Of a stretch of DNA of 64,000 nucleotides, positions 34,925-43,886 are shown piece after piece. The position numbers and the translations under genes were made by a program. This DNA comes from an uncultured delta proteobacterium (GTDB taxonomy: Bacteria > Desulfobacterota > Syntrophia > Syntrophales > Fen-1087): positions 129,930 to 193,929 of the forward strand of contig CAVPSX010000023.1 of assembly GCA_963708515.1 (NCBI GenBank), written 5' to 3'. Position 1 is the stretch's first letter. The number at the start of each line of letters is the position of its first letter. The notes beneath the pieces were generated by a model. That model searched no databases and was not told where the DNA came from. It was given only the letters and a program-made list of their open reading frames with translations.

Positions 34925-35857
34925 TCATAACATCTCCGGGGTCATGGCAACGATCTCATCGATAGAAGCAGAATCGGTGAAAAGCATGGCCAGACGATCC
35001 ACACCGAGGGCAATTCCGGCCGCTTCCGGCATTTGATGCAGTGATCTCAGGAATGGCTCGGGCATCGGATAAACGGCCTTGCCTGCAGCCTGGCGAATGC
35101 GTTGCGCCTTCTCGAAGCGCAAACGTTGTTCTTTTTCATCCGCCAGCTCTAAAAAGGCATTGGCCAGCTCCAGTCCGCCCATGTAAAGCTCGAATCGCTC
35201 CACCAGTTCGGGATCTGTTATTTTCGCCCGGGCCAGGGCCCCATGCGCCAAAGGGAAATCATAGAGAAAAACAGGGTGGTCGCCTTCGAGACAAGGCTCA
35301 ATCCGGCAAGCCATCATCTCATCAAAGCAGTCTTTTTCCAGGGCCTCGTGCATGGATAAAGAAGCATACCGCGCAAAGGCATCCGCCACCGAAATGCGTT
35401 CCCAGGGAGGATGCAAAGCGATCGTCATCCCCTGATAGGCAAGCTTGTCGACCCCATCAAGCGCCTGTGCAACCCCAAGAATCAAATCCTCACATTCCTG
35501 CATGAGCGTCTCACAATTGCCTCCCTTGCAATACCACTCCAGCATCGTGAATTCCGGCAAATGAAGGCGCCCGCGTTCGCCCGCGCGAAAGCACTTTGAG
35601 ATTTGAAAGATTTTAGGATATCCTGCGGCAACCAGGCGCTTCATGCACAATTCGGGTGACGTCTGCAAAAACCAGTTGCTGCTCGGTGTGGCGTCGATGT
35701 GCTCTTCCGGCGCCGGTGCGGGGATACGGATGGGCGTTTCAACCTCAAGATAGTCGCGGTCGCAGAAAAAACGTCGGATTGCCCGGATCATCATGGCCCG
35801 ACGCCCAATGGCGCCCTGTTTTCCGGCCAGCCGCCAGGATTCATCGATGGGATTCAT
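34925..35857 (-). CDS. epmA: Elongation factor P--(R)-beta-lysine ligase
   Basis: Class II LysRS-like catalytic core without an anticodon domain (FRAGERGRLHLPEFTMLEWY, GIALGVDRL). TAATG overlap with efp. Confidence 0.85.
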   Translation of the reverse strand: MNPIDESWRLAGKQGAIGRRAMMIRAIRRFFCDRDYLEVETPIRIPAPAPEEHIDATPSSNWFLQTSPELCMKRLVAAGYPKIFQISKCFRAGERGRLHLPEFTMLEWYCKGGNCETLMQECEDLILGVAQALDGVDKLAYQGMTIALHPPWERISVADAFARYASLSMHEALEKDCFDEMMACRIEPCLEGDHPVFLYDFPLAHGALARAKITDPELVERFELYMGGLELANAFLELADEKEQRLRFEKAQRIRQAAGKAVYPMPEPFLRSLHQMPEAAGIALGVDRLAMLFTDSASIDEIVAMTPEML

Positions 35858-36420
35858 TATTCCTTAACGCGGGTCAGATACTCTCCAGACCTGGTATCCA
35901 CGCGGATCTTCTCGCCTTCTCCAATGAAGGTCGGCACGAGGATCCTATATCCCGTTTGTACCGTAACCGGCTTGGTATTACCCGTAACGGAGTCCCCCTT
36001 GGCCCATGGCTCCGCCTCCGTCACCACAAGGTCCACGAAGTTGGGAAGACTGATCCCCAGCGGCCGGTCTTCAAAAAAAAGAATGGAGGCTTCGATGTTG
36101 TCGATCATGAAGTTTTTCGCCTCGCCCACCTGTTCGCCGGTCAGAAAGACCTGCTCGAAGCTGACGTTGTCCATGAAGCAGTATTTCCCCTCTTCCTGAT
36201 AGAGATACTGCATTTTCTTTTCCTGAAGATCGGCGGACTCGAAGGTGTCCACGGAGCGGAAGGTCCTTTCGAACTGGCTGCCCGTAATCATGTTCTTGAG
36301 CTTGCAGCGGTACAGGGCCTGGCCTTTTCCGGGTTTGACAAAGTTGAACTCCGTAACGATAAAGGGCTCATTGTCTATTTTGATCCGCAGATTTTTTTTT
36401 AAATCACTGGCCGTGTACAT
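35857..36420 (-). CDS. efp: Elongation factor P
   Basis: MYTASDLKKNLRIKIDNEPFIVTEFNFVKPGKGQA carries the modifiable Lys in the KPGKG loop. Start chosen at the ATG at 36420. Confidence 0.95.
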   Translation of the reverse strand: MYTASDLKKNLRIKIDNEPFIVTEFNFVKPGKGQALYRCKLKNMITGSQFERTFRSVDTFESADLQEKKMQYLYQEEGKYCFMDNVSFEQVFLTGEQVGEAKNFMIDNIEASILFFEDRPLGISLPNFVDLVVTEAEPWAKGDSVTGNTKPVTVQTGYRILVPTFIGEGEKIRVDTRSGEYLTRVKE

Positions 36421-36458
36421 AGGGGTTTCCTCTCCTGTTTTTTGTGTTTCTAAAGCAT

Positions 36459-37559
36459 TTAGCAAATCTTGTCAAAAAAATGTTGCTCGACCTGCCGATC
36501 ATCGCTTTTAGCAGGCATCCATGAAGACCTCTGAAGCGGCCATTTTCCCCTGCCTCCGGGCAGATCGACAACATACCGGGGCATGCAGAGGCCCGACATA
36601 CTGCACTGGAGTTCTTGCATGATGTCGAGGCCGCGCCGAATATCCACGTGGAAATGATCCGTCCCCCGGACCGGATCGCATTGGAACAGATAATAGGGAC
36701 GGACGGAAATGCGCTGCAACCCGTAAAGCAGCTCCCGCATGACGTCACGGGAATCATTGACCCCGCGCAGCAGCACAGACTGGTTCGATACGGGAATTCC
36801 GGCCTCGAGCAGCATTTCACAGGACCGGGCCGCGTCGGAGGTGATTTCCCGCGGATGATTGAACTGCGTATTGAACCAGAGCGGGCGATATTTTCGCAGC
36901 ATTTTGCAGAGCGCCGACGTGATGCGCATCGGCATGACCACTGGAATCCGGCTGCCGATCCGCAGTACTTCCACATGCCCAATGGCGCGCAGGGATTCAA
37001 GTATCCGGGCCAGCGCATGATCACTCAGGGTCAGCGGGTCGCCGCCCGAAACGATTACCTCTCTGATATCCTTTCTCTGCCGGATATAAGCGATCCTGGG
37101 CTGAAGATAAGCCTGCATGCCGGCAGATGGCTTATTCTCCCACAAGCGCTTGCGGTTGCAGTGTCGGCAATACACGGCGCAGGCATGCGTCGCCATGATC
37201 AGGCAACGGTCCGCGTAGCGATGGATCAATCCCGGAACCGGCATATCGCGCCCTTCCTCCAGGGGATCATCCACACCGCCCAGTGAAAATTGAATTTCCT
37301 GCACATCGGGAAAGCATTGACGCCGCAGGGGATCCTCCGGATTCGAGACATCCATGAGCGAAAGATAATAGGGCGTCACGCGAAAAGGATAGGTCTTTGT
37401 GACGGCCAGAAGCTCTTTGGATTGCGACGCGGACCCGTTGATCCTGCCTGCCCACGGTGCCGGAGTCGCAAGGCCGTTTTTGAACTGCCACTTCCAGTCG
37501 TGCCAGTCCTGTGCCCGGATCTCGCCCCACGGCTTCAGAAATACAGGATGATCTTTCAT
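36459..37559 (-). CDS. epmB: EF-P beta-lysylation protein / lysine 2,3-aminomutase-like radical SAM enzyme
   Basis: CAVYCRHCNRK radical-SAM motif, KamA-family layout, and adjacency to efp and epmA. Confidence 0.85.
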   Translation of the reverse strand: MKDHPVFLKPWGEIRAQDWHDWKWQFKNGLATPAPWAGRINGSASQSKELLAVTKTYPFRVTPYYLSLMDVSNPEDPLRRQCFPDVQEIQFSLGGVDDPLEEGRDMPVPGLIHRYADRCLIMATHACAVYCRHCNRKRLWENKPSAGMQAYLQPRIAYIRQRKDIREVIVSGGDPLTLSDHALARILESLRAIGHVEVLRIGSRIPVVMPMRITSALCKMLRKYRPLWFNTQFNHPREITSDAARSCEMLLEAGIPVSNQSVLLRGVNDSRDVMRELLYGLQRISVRPYYLFQCDPVRGTDHFHVDIRRGLDIMQELQCSMSGLCMPRYVVDLPGGRGKWPLQRSSWMPAKSDDRQVEQHFFDKIC

Positions 37560-37692
37560 GACTTCCTTATAAACATCAGTAAAATCGAACCATTCGAATG
37601 GCGGGTGTCTATCACATTTTTCTCAGACTGCAAAGTGGAATCGTGCAAAAAATCTTTTGCCTTACACTACCGCATCCGGTAAGAAGGGACGC

Positions 37693-38019
37693 ATGAAACG
37701 TCTTCATCTGCGCATCATGTACGGATTGCTGTGGGTCCTGACAACGAGTCTCTTCATAATCAATGCCGGCCATTTCCGGCGGATCGCCGAGAGCATCGGC
37801 CAGGCCGGAGCCATTGCCTGGTTCATGGTCTTTTTCGGCCCGGCCTTCTTTGCCCTCTATCTGCTCACGGCTTTTCTGTTTGATGTCAGGCAAAACGTCA
37901 TCACGACCGCGCACTTCAAGGCGTTTCTATACCGGCGTCGCCTGCCGATCGGGCTGCTTCTGTTCAGCATGATCCTCTTCGTCCTGCTGACCTTCTATGG
38001 GGTATCATTCGAGAGATGA
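37693..38019 (+). CDS. Small hydrophobic membrane protein (3-4 TM), unknown function
   Basis: Hydrophobic ORF with an RBS-like GAAGGGA before the ATG at 37693. Confidence 0.4.
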   Translation: MKRLHLRIMYGLLWVLTTSLFIINAGHFRRIAESIGQAGAIAWFMVFFGPAFFALYLLTAFLFDVRQNVITTAHFKAFLYRRRLPIGLLLFSMILFVLLTFYGVSFER

Positions 38020-38172
38020 CGCCTGCGAAAAAAGTCTGGGACGGTGTTATCGCCTTGCGCTGCCGCATCATGAGAAATTAGGTGGATGATTTTTGAAAAC
38101 GGCGGATGGCGGTGTAGCTCGTCGTTATCCGTTACCCATGACTTTGTCGCACACCCGGGTCGTTGTTTCCGG

Positions 38173-38201
38173 TTGCACTTCCAGCGGAAAATGGGTATAT
38201 T
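38173..38201 (+). promoter_or_regulatory. Promoter candidate (TTGCAC-N17-TATATT) for fixC
   Basis: TTGCAC at 38173-38178 and TATATT at 38196-38201, 44 nt upstream of the ATG at 38245. Confidence 0.45.
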
Positions 38202-38244
38202 TGATGCGGTTTTTTATAGTCTCATCTGAGGGAACCATCCGGAG

Positions 38245-39531
38245 ATGGAAAAGTTCGACGTGATCATTGCCGGCGCCGGGCTGGCCGGGCTGGCTGCGGC
38301 CTATACCCTGGCCGGAAACGGTCTTGAAGTGTTGGTTCTGGAGCGCGGCGATTACCCCGGCGCCAAGAATGTCACGGGCGGCCGCCTCTATGTGAACCCG
38401 GTCCGTGATCTTTTTCCCGAACTCTGGCACAAGGCCCCCCTGGAGCGGTTTATCGTGCACGAGGGCGCCGTCCTGATGGCCGCAGAACGCTCTGTCGCCA
38501 TCCATTATTCCGGCCATGAACTGCGGGCCGAACCCCACCAGAGCTACAGTATCCTGCGGGCAAAGTTTGACCGCTGGCTCGCGGAGCAGGCCGAAGCAAA
38601 AGGCGCGATGCTTCTGACCCGGGTGCGGGTTGATGATGTAATCAAGGAAGACGGCAGAATCGTGGGCGTGCTCGCCGGAGGCGATGAGCTGCGGGCGGAT
38701 GCTGTCATTGCCTGTGACGGCGTCCTTTCCCTCGTCTCGGAAAAGGCCGGATTGCGTGCGCCCGGCTCTTGCCATGATTATGCCGTAGGGATTAAGGAGG
38801 TTATTGCCCTCGACTCCGGGGTGATCAACGACCGCTTCCAGCTCGAAGGAAACGAAGGTACCGCGTGCCTGTTCATCGGCGAAGCGACGCACGGCCTTTT
38901 CGGCGGCGGTTTTCTCTACACGAACAAGGAGAGTATCAGCCTGGGGATCGTTATCGGCATCGAATCACTGCTTGAAACGGAATCGTCGCCGGACGCGCCG
39001 GCCCTGCTGGATGCCTTCAAGCAGCGCCCGGAAATCTCCCCGCTGATCAAGGGCGGAACAACCGTGGAATACGCCGCCCATGTGATTCCCGAGGGGGGAT
39101 ACAACGCGCTGAGCCCTCTCTATGGAAACGGCATACTTGTGGCGGGGGACGCAGCGGGACTGGCGCTCAATATCGGGTTCACGGTCCGCGGGATGGAATA
39201 CGCGCTCGCTTCCGGGTACTATGCCGCACTGGCCGTGCTGTGGGCCAAAAAAGCCGGAAATTTCGGCAGTGAAACCCTTTCGATCTACAAACAATATCTC
39301 GAAGAAAGTTTTGTCCTGAAGGATTTCAAGAGCTTCCAGGAAGCGCCTGCGGTGCTGAGCAATCAAAGATTTATCCAACACTACCCGGAGCTTCTCGGCG
39401 ACCTCCTGGCAGAGATATATCGTGTGCCGACCGGCCCCAAGGATCGGCTGTATCCCACAATCAGAAAGGTCTTTACACTGTCGGAGATGTGGGCGCAGTT
39501 CAAGGACCTGCGCGAAGTGACCAGAATATGA
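38245..39531 (+). CDS. fixC: FAD-dependent ETF:quinone-type oxidoreductase FixC
   Basis: MEKFDVIIAGAGLAGLAAAYTLA dinucleotide fold, FixC-like length, and an ATGA overlap with fixX. Confidence 0.85.
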   Translation: MEKFDVIIAGAGLAGLAAAYTLAGNGLEVLVLERGDYPGAKNVTGGRLYVNPVRDLFPELWHKAPLERFIVHEGAVLMAAERSVAIHYSGHELRAEPHQSYSILRAKFDRWLAEQAEAKGAMLLTRVRVDDVIKEDGRIVGVLAGGDELRADAVIACDGVLSLVSEKAGLRAPGSCHDYAVGIKEVIALDSGVINDRFQLEGNEGTACLFIGEATHGLFGGGFLYTNKESISLGIVIGIESLLETESSPDAPALLDAFKQRPEISPLIKGGTTVEYAAHVIPEGGYNALSPLYGNGILVAGDAAGLALNIGFTVRGMEYALASGYYAALAVLWAKKAGNFGSETLSIYKQYLEESFVLKDFKSFQEAPAVLSNQRFIQHYPELLGDLLAEIYRVPTGPKDRLYPTIRKVFTLSEMWAQFKDLREVTRI

Positions 39532-39812
39532 GTGATTCCGAATTGTTAAAAGCGAAACTGGGGCTGGACGTATTCAAGCCTGGTGGCGAACCTCATATCA
39601 AGATCAGACCCGGCATGGAAAAAGATCCCCGGCTGCTGCAGGCGATCAGGCTTTGTCCCGCCGGTTTGTACAGCGCAGCGCAGACGGGCGATGTTGTGCT
39701 GACTATCGACGGCTGCCTCGAATGCGGAACTTGCCGGTACGTCTGTGGAGACGAGGTGCTTCAGTGGCATTACCCCGAAGGGGGAACGGGCGTTCAGTTC
39801 CGCTTCGGATAA
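39528..39812 (+). CDS. fixX: Ferredoxin-like protein FixX
   Basis: CPAGLY...DGCLECGTCR...WHYPEGGTGVQFRFG, the FixX hallmark. Confidence 0.85.
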   Translation: MSDSELLKAKLGLDVFKPGGEPHIKIRPGMEKDPRLLQAIRLCPAGLYSAAQTGDVVLTIDGCLECGTCRYVCGDEVLQWHYPEGGTGVQFRFG

Positions 39813-39846
39813 AAATATCTTTATAATACAATCAAGGAGGGTGATT

Positions 39847-40986
39847 ATGGATTTCAAATTAACCGAAGAACAGGAACTCATTCGCAAAAACATGCGGGAA
39901 TTTGCGGTGAAGCATGTGGATCCCATCGCTGTCGAGATTGATGAGAACAGCCGTCACCCGGCCGAGCTTTTTGCTAAGCTGGCCGAAGGGGACTGGCTCG
40001 GGATGCCGATTCCCGTCGAATACGGCGGCGCCGGGGCGGACTATCTGACCCATGCCATCGCCGTGGAGGAATTGTCGCGCTCCTGCGCATCCACGGGGTT
40101 CACCGTCTCGATCCATGTGGGCATCGCCGCCATGCTGATCCTGCTGTTTGGAAATGAACAGCAGAAACAGAAGTACCTCGTACCGCTGGCCAAGGGACAG
40201 AATCTCGGGGCCTTCGTGCTGACCGAGCCGGGCGCCGGCACGGACATCATGGCGGCAACGACTACGGCTGTCCTCGACGGAAACGACTATGTCCTCAACG
40301 GAACGAAAACCTTCACCTCCAACGGCCCCACGGGCGGCACCTATCTCGTCTTTGCCTGGACGGACAAGGCCGCAGGCCGCAAGGGCATGAGCGCCTTCAT
40401 CATCCCGCGCGAAACCCCGGGCATGAAGGCCGGCGAACATTTCGAGAAGATGGGACTGAGATCATCGCAGACCTCGGAGATGGCCTTCAAGGATTGCCGG
40501 GTGCTCAAGGAGAACCTGCTGGGCAAGGAAGGCGCAGGCATGGCCATGGCCATGACGGGTTTCGACCACGGCCGGACCGGCATTGCCGCCCAATCCGTCG
40601 GGATCCTTCAGGCCGCCCTGGACGAGTCCATCCGCTACTCCAAGGAACGCGTGCAGTTCGGCGCGCCCATCGCAAGACAGCAGGCCATTTCCTGGATGAT
40701 CGCCGATATGGCGACGGAGCTGGCCGCCGCCCGGTTCCTTACCTACAACGCCGCATGGCTCAAGGACCAGAATCAGCCCTTCAGCAAGGAAGCTGCAATG
40801 GCCAAACTCTATGCGTCGGAAGCGGCGATGCGGCATACAATCAAGGCGGTCCAGATCCAGGGCGGATACGGCTATTGCAAGGGCGCCAAGGTGGAACGGC
40901 TGATGCGCGACGCCAAGATTACCGAGATCTACGAGGGCACGTCGGAGGCCCAGCGCATGGTGATCTCCGGAAATGTCCTGCGGTAA
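39847..40986 (+). CDS. Acyl-CoA dehydrogenase (short/medium-chain type)
   Basis: MDFKLTEEQELIRKNMREFA N-terminus, the TEPGAGTD motif, and the C-terminal catalytic region YEGTSEAQR. Confidence 0.9.
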   Translation: MDFKLTEEQELIRKNMREFAVKHVDPIAVEIDENSRHPAELFAKLAEGDWLGMPIPVEYGGAGADYLTHAIAVEELSRSCASTGFTVSIHVGIAAMLILLFGNEQQKQKYLVPLAKGQNLGAFVLTEPGAGTDIMAATTTAVLDGNDYVLNGTKTFTSNGPTGGTYLVFAWTDKAAGRKGMSAFIIPRETPGMKAGEHFEKMGLRSSQTSEMAFKDCRVLKENLLGKEGAGMAMAMTGFDHGRTGIAAQSVGILQAALDESIRYSKERVQFGAPIARQQAISWMIADMATELAAARFLTYNAAWLKDQNQPFSKEAAMAKLYASEAAMRHTIKAVQIQGGYGYCKGAKVERLMRDAKITEIYEGTSEAQRMVISGNVLR

Positions 40987-41042
40987 CTTAAACCGTTAGA
41001 AAATATCATGGGCTCGTAAAAAGTCAGAAAGCTGTCAAGGTT

Positions 41043-41173
41043 CGACGGCTTCGTAAAAAAAAGCTCCGCAGGCAAGGCGCGCAAATCCTGAGGAGTGAGG
41101 CATACTTTTTACGTACGCCGCAACGACCTAAGGATGCCGCGCAACGCAGCATCCGGACTTTTTCCGAAGTCGT
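41043..41173. repeat. Family-A palindromic repeat, copy 1 (between acd and etfB)
   Basis: Terminal inverted repeats CGACGGCTTCGTAAAAAAAA ... TTTTTCCGAAGTCGTT. The interior GCTCCGCAGGCAAGGCGCGCAAATC is shared with 53711-53839. Confidence 0.7.
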
Positions 41174-41194
41174 TAATTATGGAGGGATTCGACG

Positions 41195-41962
41195 ATGCCC
41201 ACTATTATCGCCTGCTGCAAATGGGTCATTGATGAAGCCTATATCAGGAAGGGATCATCCGGAAATCTGGATTTCTCGTCGGTTGACTACAAAATCAGCG
41301 ATTACGACCGCAATGCCATCGAAGAGGCGGTCCGTCTCAAGGGCAGTCACGGGGGAACGGTGATCGCCATGACGGTCGGGACGCCCGAGGCAACAAAAGG
41401 CGTCAAGGACGTCCTCTCCCGGGGACCCGACCAGGCTTGCTTCATCGCCGATGCAGCCTTTAGCAATCTTGAGCCTTCTCAGACGGCAGCAATCCTCGCG
41501 GATGTGATCCGCAGCCGTTTTGCCGATTACGACCTAATCCTCTGCGGCGAGGGCTCCAGCGACCTCTATGCGCAACAGGTCGGTGCGCGCATGGCGGAAA
41601 ATCTGGGGATCCCCTGCATCTCTTTCGCGCAGAAGGTGGACCTCGACGGCGAACGCGTGGTCGCGGAACGCCGCGTCGAAGAGGGGATCGAGGTCGTCGC
41701 CGCCTCGCTGCCGGCGCTCGTGACGGTCCTGCCGGAAATCAATGTTCCACGCATCCCCGGCGTCAAGGACACACTCATGGCTTCCAGAAAGCCGGTCATG
41801 ACGATCAGGAAGGAAGACATGACACTTCCACACGAGGCTTTCCTGCAGACCGTGAGTATGACGGCTGCGCGCATGGACCGGAGCTGCGAAAAATTCTCGA
41901 CGGACGCCCCCGAAATAACAAGATTTGTCAATGCACTGCGCAAAAAAGCGGTCATTCCTTAA
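41195..41962 (+). CDS. etfB: Electron transfer flavoprotein beta subunit (FixA-type)
   Basis: ETF-beta fold. The block CGEGSSDLYAQQVGARMAENLGIP is typical of FixA-like ETFs. Confidence 0.9.
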   Translation: MPTIIACCKWVIDEAYIRKGSSGNLDFSSVDYKISDYDRNAIEEAVRLKGSHGGTVIAMTVGTPEATKGVKDVLSRGPDQACFIADAAFSNLEPSQTAAILADVIRSRFADYDLILCGEGSSDLYAQQVGARMAENLGIPCISFAQKVDLDGERVVAERRVEEGIEVVAASLPALVTVLPEINVPRIPGVKDTLMASRKPVMTIRKEDMTLPHEAFLQTVSMTAARMDRSCEKFSTDAPEITRFVNALRKKAVIP

Positions 41963-41974
41963 GGAGAAAAAGCA

Positions 41975-42928
41975 ATGCCTGGAATCTGGATTTATGCAGA
42001 AAATCGGGAACATGCCCTGGAACTTCTGAATATCGGCCGGCGCCTCGCCGTCAAAATGGGAACGACCCTGTCCGCGCTGCTTGCAGGCAACCATGACGCG
42101 GCGCCCGATTATATCGCCCACGGCGCCGATGAGGTCCTGCTGCTGCCCCCGCTCGCGCCAGACCAGTCCCACGAGGCCTACCTGCCCGTGATCGTGGATG
42201 CGGCAAAAAAAGCCGATCTCGACGTGTTTCTGTGCACCGCCACGGCACGAGGCAAGGAGTTTGCCGCCCGCATCGCGACCCGCCTGGAGACGGGACTCTG
42301 CAGCAGCTGTGTTGCCCTGGACTATGACGAGAACGGCAAAGTCCTTCAGATGCAACGTCTCGCCTACGGCGGCGCCGCCCTCCAGAAAGTGACCTGCCTC
42401 AGGCGGCCAGTCATGGCCACGATTCCCCCGCGTGCCTCTGAACCGGCCACGGCTCAGGACTGCCGGAAGGGTCATGTCCGGGAGCTTCCGGCGCCCCCGC
42501 CCTCTGCTGTCAAGGTTCTTGAGAGAAAGGTGAAGATGCGGGAAACGAAGGATATTACCGAAGCCAAAGTAGTCGTCTGTGTCGGAAGGGGGTTTGAGAA
42601 GCCCGAAGATCTGGCCCTGGCCCGCCAGCTTGCCGACGCGCTGGGAGGCGAGGTCGGTTGTACGCGGCCGATCTCCGAGGAGAATCACTGGCTTCCGGAA
42701 GAGCTCTGTATCGGGCTTTCGGGCGTTCATGTCAAGCCCGACCTTTATCTGGGCCTCGGCGTCTCCGGCCAGATCCAGCATGTCACGGGCATCCGCAACG
42801 CCAAGGTGATCGCAGCCGTCAACAGGGACGAAAGCGCCCCCATTTTCGGCGTCGCCGATTTCGGCATCGTCGGCGACCTCTATGACGCGGCGCCGAAACT
42901 CATTCAGGAGCTGAAAAGGGGATCATAG
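41975..42928 (+). CDS. etfA: Electron transfer flavoprotein alpha subunit (FixB-type)
   Basis: The C-terminal FAD-binding block VVCVGRG...GCTRP...W.P...IGLSG..V.P.LY.GLGVSGQIQH..G is present. Confidence 0.9.
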   Translation: MPGIWIYAENREHALELLNIGRRLAVKMGTTLSALLAGNHDAAPDYIAHGADEVLLLPPLAPDQSHEAYLPVIVDAAKKADLDVFLCTATARGKEFAARIATRLETGLCSSCVALDYDENGKVLQMQRLAYGGAALQKVTCLRRPVMATIPPRASEPATAQDCRKGHVRELPAPPPSAVKVLERKVKMRETKDITEAKVVVCVGRGFEKPEDLALARQLADALGGEVGCTRPISEENHWLPEELCIGLSGVHVKPDLYLGLGVSGQIQHVTGIRNAKVIAAVNRDESAPIFGVADFGIVGDLYDAAPKLIQELKRGS

Positions 42929-43886
42929 CCAAAGCCGTTCCTTTAGATTCGCCGAGTTTTGATTTCTTTGTTTTTTCTTCCATCTCCTGACTGATCATCC
43001 GAAAATCTTCCGAGGGAAGTGCGTCAGATTGAATGCCGGCTTCTTCCAGGGCGGCGTTGATCGCAATGGTCAGGAAACCGATCGCTTCTGGCAGGGAACA
43101 ATTTTTCGTGGCCTCAACAGCAAAAGCGATCTTGTGTTGCTTCGTCAGGGCATAATAGGTCAGGGAACCCCGCTGTTCCACGTGTCGGGATTTGCGGCCG
43201 GCAGTATCCGTATCATTCACAAGGAAATGGTAGCGTCTGTTTTTAATCCGATCGTTGGACCGCCGGCAGACCGCTTGTGCGAAGCGTCCCGGTTCCAGTT
43301 TTTCACCGTTGGGCAGGTGATAGGAAGGCGTGTCAATGACATTTGACTGTCCCCATCTCGATGGATTTCGCTGCCGTGAAATCCATCTGGGGGCATAAAA
43401 ATCATAAGCCTGGTGGAGATTGATGACGTAATCGGCGCGCTGGATCAGCGATTTTGCCAACTCCGCCACCTTCGCATCGGGGTTGCGCCGCGACATTTCT
43501 TCCGATAGATCGAAGAGGCGGTTCATGTCGCCCCCCAGCCCCTGTCTTTTTCTGTTGGCCACGGCCACGGCATTCAGACGCGGCACCACAATCAGATTCC
43601 CTGCCCTGATTTTGAGACGGGCGAAGCGTTCGGCAGCCAGATAACCGGCTGCCTCATCTCCATGAATACCGCCAAAAACAAGTAACGTAGGGCCTTTTTC
43701 GCTTCCGGAGATAAAGTGTACCGTTACTTCCTGGCTGGTTTGCGGGAAGTAGATCTTTTGCTGATATGCGGGAGCAGGAACGGGCGCCCCTTTTCCAGCT
43801 AACGGATATTGGCGGATCGACAGGAAAAGAATAACGGCCAGGATCGAGAAAAAAACTATAGCCGTGATTCGCCGATAATTCGCCAT
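42900..43886 (-). CDS. Zn-carboxypeptidase-like protein, succinylglutamate desuccinylase/aspartoacylase (M14-like) family
   Basis: N-terminal anchor and the GGIHGDEAAG zinc-site motif. There is a 31-nt overlap with the upstream L,D-transpeptidase gene. Confidence 0.65.
   Translation of the reverse strand: MANYRRITAIVFFSILAVILFLSIRQYPLAGKGAPVPAPAYQQKIYFPQTSQEVTVHFISGSEKGPTLLVFGGIHGDEAAGYLAAERFARLKIRAGNLIVVPRLNAVAVANRKRQGLGGDMNRLFDLSEEMSRRNPDAKVAELAKSLIQRADYVINLHQAYDFYAPRWISRQRNPSRWGQSNVIDTPSYHLPNGEKLEPGRFAQAVCRRSNDRIKNRRYHFLVNDTDTAGRKSRHVEQRGSLTYYALTKQHKIAFAVEATKNCSLPEAIGFLTIAINAALEEAGIQSDALPSEDFRMISQEMEEKTKKSKLGESKGTALAMIPFSAPE

Noticed and set aside
41534-42781. 415-aa minus-strand ORF spanning etfB/etfA.
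   Set aside because: It is antisense to both ETF subunits, which carry clear family motifs. The translation is Arg/Gly-rich with no recognisable domain.
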